From contig JAXMNT010000002.1 in the NCBI GenBank assembly GCA_034670305.1, positions 160,001 to 224,000 on the forward strand: a DNA stretch of 64,000 nucleotides. Reading direction: 5' to 3'. This document shows positions 1 to 8,897 of the stretch, in pieces (positions within the stretch are counted from its first letter, which is position 1; each line of letters begins with the position of its first letter). The notes beneath the pieces are model-generated. The model was not told the DNA's origin. It did no database searches and worked only from the letters and a program-made list of their open reading frames with translations. The position numbers and the translations under genes are program-made. The DNA comes from Deltaproteobacteria bacterium. GTDB lineage: Bacteria; Myxococcota_A; Polyangia; Polyangiales; Houyiibacteriaceae.

Positions 1-335
1 GCCGGTTCGAGTTCACCCGCTTCGCCACCCTCCCCGCGGGCACCGATGCGGCGCTCGCCCTCCCCGTCACGGCCATGCTGATGGAGGGATTGCGCCGGGT
101 GGACGAGTGGAGGCTCATCGAAGAGCAAGTCACCAGTTTCGACCTCGTGCCTTCGGTGGATCGTCACGCGATGACCGCCGAGCAGCGCGAACGGATGACT
201 CCGTCGGAGCGCACCGTGCTGGACGCGATCGACGGCCAACGAACCGTGCGTCAGATCATCGAAGAGACCCGCCTCGCGAGCTTCGAGGTCTGCAAGGTGC
301 TCTACCAGCTCCTCAGCACAAGACTGGTTCGCTGA
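1..335 (+). CDS. DUF4388-domain protein, C-terminal part (5' truncated by window)
   Basis: LMEGLRRVDEW motif followed by a winged-helix-like tail (VLDAIDGQRTVRQII...VCKVLYQLL), typical of myxobacterial DUF4388 proteins; stop TGA at 333-335. Confidence 0.7.
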   Translation, partial: RFEFTRFATLPAGTDAALALPVTAMLMEGLRRVDEWRLIEEQVTSFDLVPSVDRHAMTAEQRERMTPSERTVLDAIDGQRTVRQIIEETRLASFEVCKVLYQLLSTRLVR

Positions 336-365
336 CTTCTTGCCGACGGGCTTCCCGTCGCTGGA

Positions 366-2000
366 TCAGATGCCGACGCTGATGCCGGCGGTGATGTCGA
401 TGTTCAGGAGGAACGTCGGGAAGAGGATGTGGACCTCGGGCGTGACGAAGATGCCCACGTTCTTCATGAACCAGTAGCCCACCGTGCCGCCGATCTGGAC
501 GCCGTTGAGACCGCTGATCATGTACGGCTCGTCGTCCCCGTTCTGACCCGGGTGCAACTGAATCTGGCCGTAGCTCGTGCCCACGAACGCGAGCGCTCGA
601 ACCCCGACGTCTTCGGTGGGCTCGATGATGTTGGCACCGACCCGAAGTCCGATGAGGAAGTGGGAGAGCGATCCTTCGCCCGCGTCGATCTGGTAGCGGA
701 AGGACGCGCCGATGATGAGCCGCTTGCCGAGGTTCACCTGCATGCTGAGCCGCGGGGCGTAGTTCACCAGGAGCCCGGGCTGCTCGAGCCGCACGCAGTA
801 CTGGCTGTCCGGCAAGTCGCACAGGACGCCGTTGGAGTCTTCGGTGCCTCCCTGGACGTACGAGGCCGCTTGCGGCGCACCCGGATCGGCGGGCCCGGAG
901 TCGGCGGGCTGGCCCGCGCTGGCGACGCCGAGGCCCAAGCTGAAGCCGACATCGAAGCTCACCATCCGGGCGAGTCCCGCGAAGAACCCTTCCCCGTCGT
1001 CTTCTTCGCCGCCTTCGCCCGCGATGCAGAAGTTGTCGTCGCACGCGAGGCCGCTGCGGCAGTCGGAGGTGCTCATGCAGGTGTCCCCGAGGCCAGCGTT
1101 GCCACCCGTCTCACACCCGGTCATGCCCGGCGGGCACTCGTTCTCGACGCACTGCGCCGGCGGCGCGTGGCCGGGGAGCGCGGGTGGAGGCTGGCTTCGG
1201 CTCGAGACGACCGGAACCGCGAACGGTTCCTCCGCGGTGCCGGCAAATCCCATCGGGCCACCATCGGAGTCGAACGCGACGATGTAGTACTCGATCCGCG
1301 GTGCCATGACTTCGGCACACGGCAGTTCGAGCCCGTACCCGCCACTCATCTCTTGCATGTCCATGCGGCGGAAATCGCGCATGCCGGGCGCCTTGTAGTA
1401 GACGACCAGGCTGCCGACCGGCGCCGACTCGGGCACCTCGACGAAGATCGGGAGCGCGGTGTTTCCGAGCTGCTCCGGCCACGGCTGGTGGGGAATCGCG
1501 CCGGGCCCACCACCACCGCCACCGCCGCCAGTGCCACCACCGCCGCCACCGCCACCGCCGCCAGTGCCACCACCGCCGCCACCGCCACCGCCGCCGCCGC
1601 CGCCGCCGCTACCCACGCGGCTTTGGGCCAGGCGGAAGACGGAGGAGATGTCGGGGCTGCTCGTCAGCGGGTCGAGCTGGACGTTCGGATCGGCCTCGAG
1701 CCCTTGCACGAAGTACTGCAAGCCCTGGCCGTTGTCGCCGAAGCCGCCGATGGAGACCACGCCGAGGTTGACGTAGGTCCGCCCCAACGGGGAGCCCGTC
1801 ACGTTGCCTCGTTCGGCCGCCTGAAGCGCCTCTTGAAGGAGCTCCATGGCCTGCTCGATTTCGAGGTTGTTGTAGGCCTCCATGCCCCGCCGGTTCAAGT
1901 CCAGCACGCGACGCAGCTGCGCCGAAGAAGGGCTTGCCCAGGTCAGGAGCATCATGAGGGCCGCTGCCCCCACCCACCACGATCGTCTCATCGAATCCAC
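366..2000 (-). CDS. Secreted TPR-like protein with poly-Gly linker, Cys-rich segment and probable C-terminal outer-membrane beta-barrel
   Basis: Signal peptide (WASPSSA-Q), helical TPR-like N-terminus, long Gly run, Cys-rich module, alternating-hydrophobic C-terminal strands. Confidence 0.7.
   Translation of the reverse strand: MDSMRRSWWVGAAALMMLLTWASPSSAQLRRVLDLNRRGMEAYNNLEIEQAMELLQEALQAAERGNVTGSPLGRTYVNLGVVSIGGFGDNGQGLQYFVQGLEADPNVQLDPLTSSPDISSVFRLAQSRVGSGGGGGGGGGGGGGGTGGGGGGGGGGTGGGGGGGGPGAIPHQPWPEQLGNTALPIFVEVPESAPVGSLVVYYKAPGMRDFRRMDMQEMSGGYGLELPCAEVMAPRIEYYIVAFDSDGGPMGFAGTAEEPFAVPVVSSRSQPPPALPGHAPPAQCVENECPPGMTGCETGGNAGLGDTCMSTSDCRSGLACDDNFCIAGEGGEEDDGEGFFAGLARMVSFDVGFSLGLGVASAGQPADSGPADPGAPQAASYVQGGTEDSNGVLCDLPDSQYCVRLEQPGLLVNYAPRLSMQVNLGKRLIIGASFRYQIDAGEGSLSHFLIGLRVGANIIEPTEDVGVRALAFVGTSYGQIQLHPGQNGDDEPYMISGLNGVQIGGTVGYWFMKNVGIFVTPEVHILFPTFLLNIDITAGISVGI
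1506..1610 (-). repeat. Poly-Gly coding tract (GGC/GGT) with internal 33-bp duplication
   Basis: ccgccaccgccgccagtgccaccaccgccgcca occurs twice in tandem. Confidence 0.85.
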
Positions 2001-2145
2001 CTCGAAGCTGTCGCTTCATAACAGGTTTTCGGGGCGAACGCCGAACGTTTGGACGAATCCGGTCCGGCGAGAAGCAAGCTGGGCCTGCGATTGTCGGTCG
2101 ATCGGGCGGTTCGCGAACCCACCCCGGGGGAGCGGGCCACGCCGG

Positions 2146-3324
2146 TCATGGGAGCTGGGATTGGCGGAACTGCTCGGCCGCCGCGTCGGTCCGTCGGAAC
2201 TCGACCCGGCGGTTCTCCGCACGGCCGGCCGGGGTGTTGTTCGTCTCGATGGGGCGGGTCTCGCCGTACCCCTGCGAAGTCATCCGACCCGGCGCGATGT
2301 TCTGCCGCAAGAGGTAGTCCCGGACCGCGCGGGCACGACGGTTCGAGAGGTCCATGTTGTAGTTGTCGCGTCCGCGGCTGTCCGTGTGGCCCTGGATCTC
2401 GACCGTGACGTCCGGGAAGTCCCGCAGGACCTGAGCCACCGTGTTCAGCAGCTCGAACGAATCGGGGAGGATGCGATCGCGGTTGGTGGCGAAATGCACC
2501 TTCTGAGTGATTCGAATCGCCGTCGCCGTGACCTGGACGTTCGCGTAGACGCGCGGGCAGCCGCGTTCGTCCGCAGGACCGGGCTCGTCCGGGCACTGGT
2601 CGTCCACGTCGAGGGTCGAGTCCCCGTCGTTGTCCGGGTCGGGGCAACCGTCTTCGTCCTGGAAGCCGTCGCGGTCCTCCGGTTCGATCACGCAGCGGTC
2701 GACGGTGTCGAGAACGCCGTCCAGATCGTCGTCTGGATCCGGACAGCCGTCCGCGTCCCCGCGCCCGTCCGCATCCTCGGGTTCGGTGACGCAGAGATCC
2801 CGCGCGTCGGGGATGCCGTCGCCATCGAGATCCTGGTCGTCGGGGCAGCCATCGGTGTCCTCGAACGCGTCGAAGTCCTCGGGCACCTCCGGGCAGGCGT
2901 CGTCTGGATCGAGGATGCCGTCCCCGTCCTGGTCGCCGGGCCTCGGCTCCGGCGCCCGTTCGGCCACGACCACGCCGCGAGGTGCGCAGCGATCCGCTGG
3001 GCTCAAGCGCAGCGCAGCGCGCGCGTTGGGCTCGGCGATCGAGTAGTGATCTTCTGCCCGCACCGGGTCGCCCTGCTGGAGTTCGTCCTCCGCGAAATCG
3101 AGGTGCGCCTTGGCAAGCGCCAACTCACGCGGGGCGCAGTGGTACGCGCCGTTGCGCTCGGCCTGCTCGACGACGTCGCGCAGGCCTCCGATGCGGCCGC
3201 GCACCATCGTGGCGCGCTGGCAGGCCCCGAGAAGGGCCGTGGTGCCCAGGAGCAGGCAAACCCACCCGAAGCGACTGCGTTTCGAACAGCCAACACCTCG
3301 CCCACCGAACGACGGCAGGGTCAC
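2146..3324 (-). CDS. OmpA-family lipoprotein with DUF4398-like N-terminus and thrombospondin type 3-like Ca-binding repeats
   Basis: Lipobox LGAC; repeated DxDGDG..D..D.CP..PED.D.F.D.DGCP; OmpA C-terminal motifs IQGHTDSRG, LSNRRARAV, NRRVEF. Confidence 0.9.
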   Translation of the reverse strand: MTLPSFGGRGVGCSKRSRFGWVCLLLGTTALLGACQRATMVRGRIGGLRDVVEQAERNGAYHCAPRELALAKAHLDFAEDELQQGDPVRAEDHYSIAEPNARAALRLSPADRCAPRGVVVAERAPEPRPGDQDGDGILDPDDACPEVPEDFDAFEDTDGCPDDQDLDGDGIPDARDLCVTEPEDADGRGDADGCPDPDDDLDGVLDTVDRCVIEPEDRDGFQDEDGCPDPDNDGDSTLDVDDQCPDEPGPADERGCPRVYANVQVTATAIRITQKVHFATNRDRILPDSFELLNTVAQVLRDFPDVTVEIQGHTDSRGRDNYNMDLSNRRARAVRDYLLRQNIAPGRMTSQGYGETRPIETNNTPAGRAENRRVEFRRTDAAAEQFRQSQLP

Positions 3325-3636
3325 TCAGCGACCCTGCCCACGCATGTTTCGGCGTGCGAGATCCCGAGCCTTCACCGCAAACTCTTCCGCGATCTTCGCG
3401 TGGCGAATCGCATCCTGGTACTCGGCCTCGCCCGCCTCTTCCCGCGCTTCCTGCAGGTGGGCTTCGGCGTAGTAGTACTCGTAGGGCGCATGCTCGGCCG
3501 CCCCGGCTTCCTCGGCCTCGTGGACCGAACGCGACGCGGGCAGCAAGTGGATGGTGTAGAAGGTCGGGCCACAACCGGCCGCCAACGTCCACAGCACCAC
3601 TGCCATCCATCGTGGGAGTCGCCGGATTGCCCGCAC
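3325..3636 (-). CDS. DUF4398-domain lipoprotein
   Basis: LAAGC lipobox; AEEAGAAEHAPYEYYYAEAHLQEAREEA pattern; abuts the OmpA gene start; start GTG 3636 or ATG 3606. Confidence 0.75.
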   Translation of the reverse strand: MRAIRRLPRWMAVVLWTLAAGCGPTFYTIHLLPASRSVHEAEEAGAAEHAPYEYYYAEAHLQEAREEAGEAEYQDAIRHAKIAEEFAVKARDLARRNMRGQGR

Positions 3637-3653
3637 AGAGTAGACGTACTCGT

Positions 3654-3965
3654 CGGTCGAGAGCGCTGTCAAGCGCCGAAGACCGACGAAGTGCACAGCA
3701 CTTCGCGCGAAGCGAAGTTGGGGAGGAGGCCGGAGGGGCTTTGCCCCGCAGGCCGGAGGGGGATGCGCCCATCCCCCTCGGACAACAAACGTTGGGGAGG
3801 AGGCCGGAGGGGCTTTGCCCCGCAGGCCGGAGGGGGATGCGCCCATCCCCCTCGGACAACAAACGTTGGGGAGGAGGCCGGAGGGGCTTTGCCCCGCAGG
3901 CCGGAGGGGGATGCGCCCATCCCCCTCGGACAACAAACGGTCGAGAGCGCTGTCAAGCGCCGAAG
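3654..3965. repeat. Mosaic palindromic (REP/BIME-like) element: three exact 74-bp tandem units (3717-3938) bracketed by a 28-bp direct repeat
   Basis: Units start at 3717, 3791 and 3865; each has hairpins GGGGC-TTT-GCCCC and GAGGGGGATG-CGCC-CATCCCCCTC; cggtcgagagcgctgtcaagcgccgaag at 3654-3681 and 3938-3965. Confidence 0.95.
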
Positions 3966-4025
3966 CCCGCGGCGCCAGTGAATACCGCCCCACCGGGCAC
4001 GTGGTCGTACTATGCTCGACCCCCG

Positions 4026-4580
4026 GTGCCGCTGCCGACCCTCATCTGCCTGGTCTTTGCCACGGGCATTGCTTCCGCCCTCGCTGGGCGCGTCGAACTG
4101 CGTGTCAGTCCAAGGCCGTCCCTTCTGACCACCAGTTTCGGGGCATTCGCGGTCTTCGCCGCGCTCGTGGCGATCCCGATCGGCTGCTACTTCTACGTCT
4201 TCCACGGCGACTGGTTTCTGCTCTACACGATCGACGTGCGGCGAATTCCCTCCGCGTTGGCGCTCGTGGGATTCGTGCTGCTCGGCGGCATCGGCGCGCT
4301 GGGCTTCGCGGTGGGTGCGAGCATGGTGCGGGGACAACGCGACACCCTTGGCGGCGCGCTCGTCGGCCTGAGCGCGCTGGCGGGCATCGCCGTGATCCTC
4401 GTCGCCAAAGACCGCCTCGCGCTCGTTGGCACCTTCGGCCAGTACGAAGGCGGCTTCGGACTGCACTCCTTCGGCACCGGACCACTCGTGCAAGGCACGA
4501 TCGTGATGAGCGCGATCCTGTTCGTCGGGATCGTCTTCTTGCTCTACCGCCTGTTGCTGAGCGGCCGCCGCGTCAGTTGA
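4026..4580 (+). CDS. Hypothetical integral membrane protein (about 5 TM segments)
   Basis: Hydrophobic helices in the 3' part of ORF 2982-4580; GTG start at 4026 inferred. Confidence 0.75.
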   Translation: MPLPTLICLVFATGIASALAGRVELRVSPRPSLLTTSFGAFAVFAALVAIPIGCYFYVFHGDWFLLYTIDVRRIPSALALVGFVLLGGIGALGFAVGASMVRGQRDTLGGALVGLSALAGIAVILVAKDRLALVGTFGQYEGGFGLHSFGTGPLVQGTIVMSAILFVGIVFLLYRLLLSGRRVS

Positions 4581-5682
4581 CGTCAGGCTTGTCTTCGTAC
4601 CAGTCCACGAACGCCCTCACCTCGCTCGCGTGCTGCCAGCGGTCACCGACCTGCCCACGCAGGTGGTCTGTCGGATCGTAGGAGTACAGGCGCTCGAGAT
4701 GTGGGAGCGCATCCGCGTGGTGGATCCGGTCGCCCGCGAGGATGACGCCGATGCGCCGCAACTGCTTCATCTTCGCGAGCGGTCGCAGATCGACGGTCAA
4801 CTCCGTTGCCCAACTGGTCAGCCAGAGTTCCTCGACACCAAGGCGAGAGAGCCCTTCGAGATCCCCGACATAGCCAACCTCGAGCGTCTTCAGGTTCGGG
4901 TGATGGGCCAGAACTTCGAGTGCCTCCGGGTCGGGCATCGTGTCGCCCAACACGAGCACCTCCAGGGTCGGCGAGACGGCTTTGGCGTGTGCGCCGGTGA
5001 AGTCGCTGTCGCCCAACGATGGGACGAGGTGGAGCCGCCGGAGGGACGCCATGGACTGAATCCGACTGGCGGACGGCACCGCCTCTCCCAAGACGTTCAA
5101 CTCTTCGAGCGTCTCCCAGCCCACCGAATCGCCGAGCGTCGGTACGTTCCGGCCCACGACGCGCAACGCGCGGAGCGACGACGGCAACCCAACAGCACTG
5201 CCCGGTTCAACCCTGTCGATCGACAATCTACGCAGCGAACTCGACTGCTCGAGGCACGCGCCACCGAGGACAGCCGTGCAGGCCCGAAGCACCAAGGTCT
5301 CGAGGTTCGGGAACTCGTGCAGCCCCTCGACTGAGATGGGGATGCGCTTCTTCTTCGTCAGCTGTCCGTCGATCGCGAGCGCAACCACTTGGTCTCGGAG
5401 CGTAGCGCCCACCGTACCTGCGGGCGCCGCGGCGATCAGACTCCGCATCGCCTGGCGGCGGTAGACCTGCAGGCGTGGTGACTTGAAGGCGCCCGTCGAT
5501 TGCAGACGCGCTTCGGTGATGTGCGGGTTCGAGTACTGGGTCCCCTCGAGCAGCGCGTCGAAGAGTGCAGGGTCCGCAAGTCCGGCGCAGAGTGCGGCGC
5601 CCTGCTCGATCTGCGCCGCGTCCTTGCTGAGCAGCAGCTTCTCCAGCTGCTTGCGCTGCTTTTTGTCCGTGGCAGCGCTCAG
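4573..5682 (-). CDS. Leucine-rich-repeat-like protein (start uncertain)
   Basis: Repeated LxxLxL motifs (FPNLETLVL, SLRRLSI, SLRALRV, TLEELNV, SLRRLHL, PNLKTLEV). Confidence 0.65.
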   Translation of the reverse strand: MSAATDKKQRKQLEKLLLSKDAAQIEQGAALCAGLADPALFDALLEGTQYSNPHITEARLQSTGAFKSPRLQVYRRQAMRSLIAAAPAGTVGATLRDQVVALAIDGQLTKKKRIPISVEGLHEFPNLETLVLRACTAVLGGACLEQSSSLRRLSIDRVEPGSAVGLPSSLRALRVVGRNVPTLGDSVGWETLEELNVLGEAVPSASRIQSMASLRRLHLVPSLGDSDFTGAHAKAVSPTLEVLVLGDTMPDPEALEVLAHHPNLKTLEVGYVGDLEGLSRLGVEELWLTSWATELTVDLRPLAKMKQLRRIGVILAGDRIHHADALPHLERLYSYDPTDHLRGQVGDRWQHASEVRAFVDWYEDKPDVN

Positions 5683-8600
5683 CGGTCGATTCCGATCGCC
5701 AATGCGTCGTCGTCCGCGGCCTGGGTTTGCGACGCCGAGGTGAGGATGTCGATGTTCACCGCCGCGTCGAGTTCGCGGTTGGTGATCGAGCCATGACAGG
5801 TGCCGCACAGTCCGTTGAAGAACCGGCGCGGGAACGATTGGGTGATCCGCTCGCCCGGGTAGAACTGCATCTGCTCTCGCTGGACCCGTTCACCGGTGAA
5901 CGCGTCGCCCTCCCCGAACATCAGCGCGCCGCCGTCTCCGTCGGTCGGCTGCAAGAGGACCGGCACGCCGCCTGGAAGTCGGATGCGGAGTGAGCTGTCG
6001 CCGTGGGTCGGGGCCCAGCCGAGCTCGTCGTAGCGCCGGTACACCATGCCGAACGCGTCCGTCACGACGTCGCCCGAGACTTCGCCAAACGAAGTCGTGC
6101 CGACAGGGGGCGGCTGCGGTTCGAACACCCGGAGTCCAGCCACCGCAGGATCGATCGGACGGCCGAGGCGCGCGTTCGCGAACAGGAGCGTGTCGAGCAA
6201 CCCCATGTCGAGGATGTGCACGTCCGCGTCGGGCGAATCGAAGAACTGCGACGCGCCGTTGGGCTCGTCGACTCGGGATGTGAAGATCTCGGCCGGCGCG
6301 GTCCGGCCGTACACGGCGACCGCATCCACGTTCGCCATGCCGGCGTCCCCACCGATGGAGCGCACGTTGCCCGTGTCCGGATCGACTTCGCACAATTCGA
6401 ACGCGTAGGGCCCTGCCCGCAGATCGGTCGCGCCGGGATCGCACGAGGCCAGGATGCGCCCGCTGGGAAGCGGCGCCACCGAGCGGTACACGCCTGTGGT
6501 GCCGGGACCGGCCGGTACGTCGGGGATGCGGCCGAACGCACCCGGCGCGGGCAGGTACATCGAGTGGATGTAGTCGCGGTCCATCGGCATGCGGTCGTCC
6601 TGGTCGGGGCCGATGGAGCGGTTCAGCACGACGATCGTGCCGACACCGTCGGTGGCGTCGAGCGGGCCGCCGATGAAGGCGAAGTTGCGGTCGGCGAGTT
6701 CCACCACGCCGGTCGCGGCCGGGAACCCGACGCTGTCGCGCTGCGCGAAGAGCGGGTGGTAGTCGCCACCGTCCAGGTTCTGACGGCGCAGCGCGAGTTG
6801 GTGAAAGTCCGGCTCGCGTTTCTCCGCGGTGAACACCAGGCGACCATCACCCATGAACGAAGGCGCGACCTCCTGGTTGAGCAGGAAGGTCAGTTCGCGG
6901 ACGCCCCCGTCCTCGCGCACGAAGAGGTTGGCGTTCGGCTGCATGGCGGCCGGCGTTCGGGTCGGGCCGGTGTAGCTCACGCGGCCCGAGAGATTGCCAC
7001 GGGTGCTCGCGAACACGAGGCGGCCATCGGGCGCAAACGCCGGATCGAAGTCGTGGATCAGCACACCGTTCGCTTCGGTCGCGCCCGCGTCCACGCCAGG
7101 GACAGGTTCGCAAGCGGTGCCATCCGCGTTCATCCACCACAGCCGAAGCGGTTCCGATGCCGAAGCACGGGCTGCAAACGCCACGCGCGTTCCGTCCCAG
7201 CTCACCGCCGGGCGCCGGATGTCCGCGCCGGGCGAGACGCCGCAGCCCCCGAGCAGACTCGTCGAGCCGGCCAGTGAGAGGGCTCCGTCCGCGGCCACGG
7301 TGGCGACGGCTTGTCGAAGGTCGGCGCCGCCGCGGAACGTGTCGAAGTCGCGGACGTCTCCGATGCCCGGCGGACGCGCGACGTAGACGACGGAGTCGAC
7401 GACCATCGCTTCGGGAAGCACCTCGCCGGACGCGATGGCCTCCTCGCGTTCGATCGCGTGCCAGCGGGCCAACACGCAGTACGCGGGGACCTCGTTCAGG
7501 TCGCCGGTGTCGGCATCGATCCCAGCGCAGGCCGCCGCGGTGGCGGGGTTGAGTGCGCCGCCCGAGCCGAAGTCTTCGAGGAGCGAGCCGCCTCGGTGGG
7601 CGATGCCACTGGCGCCACTGATCTGCGTGGCGGGGTAGAGGTTCTTGGCGACGATGCGGCTCGCGTTCGGATCCGGTGATTCCACCGCGAGCATCAAACG
7701 GGACATCTCGTAGTTGCGGCGGGTGGCGATGCGCGAGAACACCCCCTGGTCGCCGCCCCGGAGCCGCAGGTCGTGAAACATCGCGGGCGAGTGGCAGCCA
7801 AGAAACATGCAGCCCTTGCGCGCCAGCACCGGTTGCACCCGGTTGGCGAAGAACCGGAGCCCCGGATCGGGATCGGCATCGAGCAGCGAGTCGGGTGTGC
7901 GGGTCTCGAGGTCCTCGGCCCAGCGACGCAGGGTCTGGTAGTCGGCGTCTTCGGTGTTCGCGAAGATGTTGCCACCCTCGTGGAAGCTGCCGCCGGCCTG
8001 CGCGCTCAGCGGACGACGCAGCAGACCCGAAGTCGATGCGGGCGAGGTCACATGCGACAGCGCGACGTAGTAGTTCCACTGCAGTTGGGCGTCGTTGTTG
8101 CCGCAGGTGAGGTGCAGATCCGCGAACCCGCTCCCGTGGCAGCTCCCGCCGGCGCAGCGTTCGCGAAAGATGGGCGACACTTCGTTGCGGAAGATTTGGT
8201 ACGAGAGCGTGTCGGTGGGCACGACCGACGGATCGAATCCGTGCGGTGTCGTGATCTCCTCGGTGCAGGCACCACGGTTGGTCGCGAGCGACTCGTCCGG
8301 CACACCGGTCCGCTGGGAACTTTCGTCGATCCAACGTTTGATCTCGGAGTACCCGCTGGACCCGGTCTCGATGATGCTGCCCGCGTTGTGCCGGACGTCG
8401 GTCACCAGACGCGCGATCCGCGTCCCGCTGACCGGATCCGCATCCCAGACTTCGATCGGCAGGTCGACGTCGTCGCCCGCCTTGAGCAGCAGGAGCCCAA
8501 CCGGATACGGACCATACGAAGGAAGCACATCCGAGCGACGCATGAGCGCGTCGAACGAACTCAAGTCGAGGTTGCCGGTCGCGGCGCCGTCCAGATCGAT

Positions 8601-8843
8601 GTGACAGCCGTTGGTCTGCAGCGCGCACCCCACCGCGAACACCGGCTGGATGCGGTCGTCGTAGAAGGAGCCCGCCGGCGGCGGCACGTCCTCACAGCCG
8701 ACCAGTGGCAGTACGGCCGCGACCAACGCGCATTGCAGCACGACGCGAAGCCCCCGCGCGACACCGAACGGGGACGCGGTTCGGTGGAGGGCGCTGCGGG
8801 CGCTGGCGAGGTCGAAGGCCTGCTCGATCCGGGGCCGATTCAT
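5679..8843 (-). CDS. Multiheme cytochrome c / hydrazine synthase alpha (HzsA)-related lipoprotein with TolB/PD40-like propeller
   Basis: Lipobox LVGC; three N-terminal cytochrome-like repeats (CX6CH, CX4CH, CX4CH); PD40-like DFDPAFAPDGRLVFASTR; C-terminal PVLLQP...CGTCH. Confidence 0.75.
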   Translation of the reverse strand: MNRPRIEQAFDLASARSALHRTASPFGVARGLRVVLQCALVAAVLPLVGCEDVPPPAGSFYDDRIQPVFAVGCALQTNGCHIDLDGAATGNLDLSSFDALMRRSDVLPSYGPYPVGLLLLKAGDDVDLPIEVWDADPVSGTRIARLVTDVRHNAGSIIETGSSGYSEIKRWIDESSQRTGVPDESLATNRGACTEEITTPHGFDPSVVPTDTLSYQIFRNEVSPIFRERCAGGSCHGSGFADLHLTCGNNDAQLQWNYYVALSHVTSPASTSGLLRRPLSAQAGGSFHEGGNIFANTEDADYQTLRRWAEDLETRTPDSLLDADPDPGLRFFANRVQPVLARKGCMFLGCHSPAMFHDLRLRGGDQGVFSRIATRRNYEMSRLMLAVESPDPNASRIVAKNLYPATQISGASGIAHRGGSLLEDFGSGGALNPATAAACAGIDADTGDLNEVPAYCVLARWHAIEREEAIASGEVLPEAMVVDSVVYVARPPGIGDVRDFDTFRGGADLRQAVATVAADGALSLAGSTSLLGGCGVSPGADIRRPAVSWDGTRVAFAARASASEPLRLWWMNADGTACEPVPGVDAGATEANGVLIHDFDPAFAPDGRLVFASTRGNLSGRVSYTGPTRTPAAMQPNANLFVREDGGVRELTFLLNQEVAPSFMGDGRLVFTAEKREPDFHQLALRRQNLDGGDYHPLFAQRDSVGFPAATGVVELADRNFAFIGGPLDATDGVGTIVVLNRSIGPDQDDRMPMDRDYIHSMYLPAPGAFGRIPDVPAGPGTTGVYRSVAPLPSGRILASCDPGATDLRAGPYAFELCEVDPDTGNVRSIGGDAGMANVDAVAVYGRTAPAEIFTSRVDEPNGASQFFDSPDADVHILDMGLLDTLLFANARLGRPIDPAVAGLRVFEPQPPPVGTTSFGEVSGDVVTDAFGMVYRRYDELGWAPTHGDSSLRIRLPGGVPVLLQPTDGDGGALMFGEGDAFTGERVQREQMQFYPGERITQSFPRRFFNGLCGTCHGSITNRELDAAVNIDILTSASQTQAADDDALAIGIDR

Positions 8844-8897
8844 AGGGGGAGTTTCGCACGTTCGCCCGCCCTGATGCGACCCCAACCCGCACAGGGG

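Noticed and set aside
3717-3938. Possible CRISPR array
   Set aside because: Units are identical head-to-tail 74-mers with no unique spacers, and no cas genes are present
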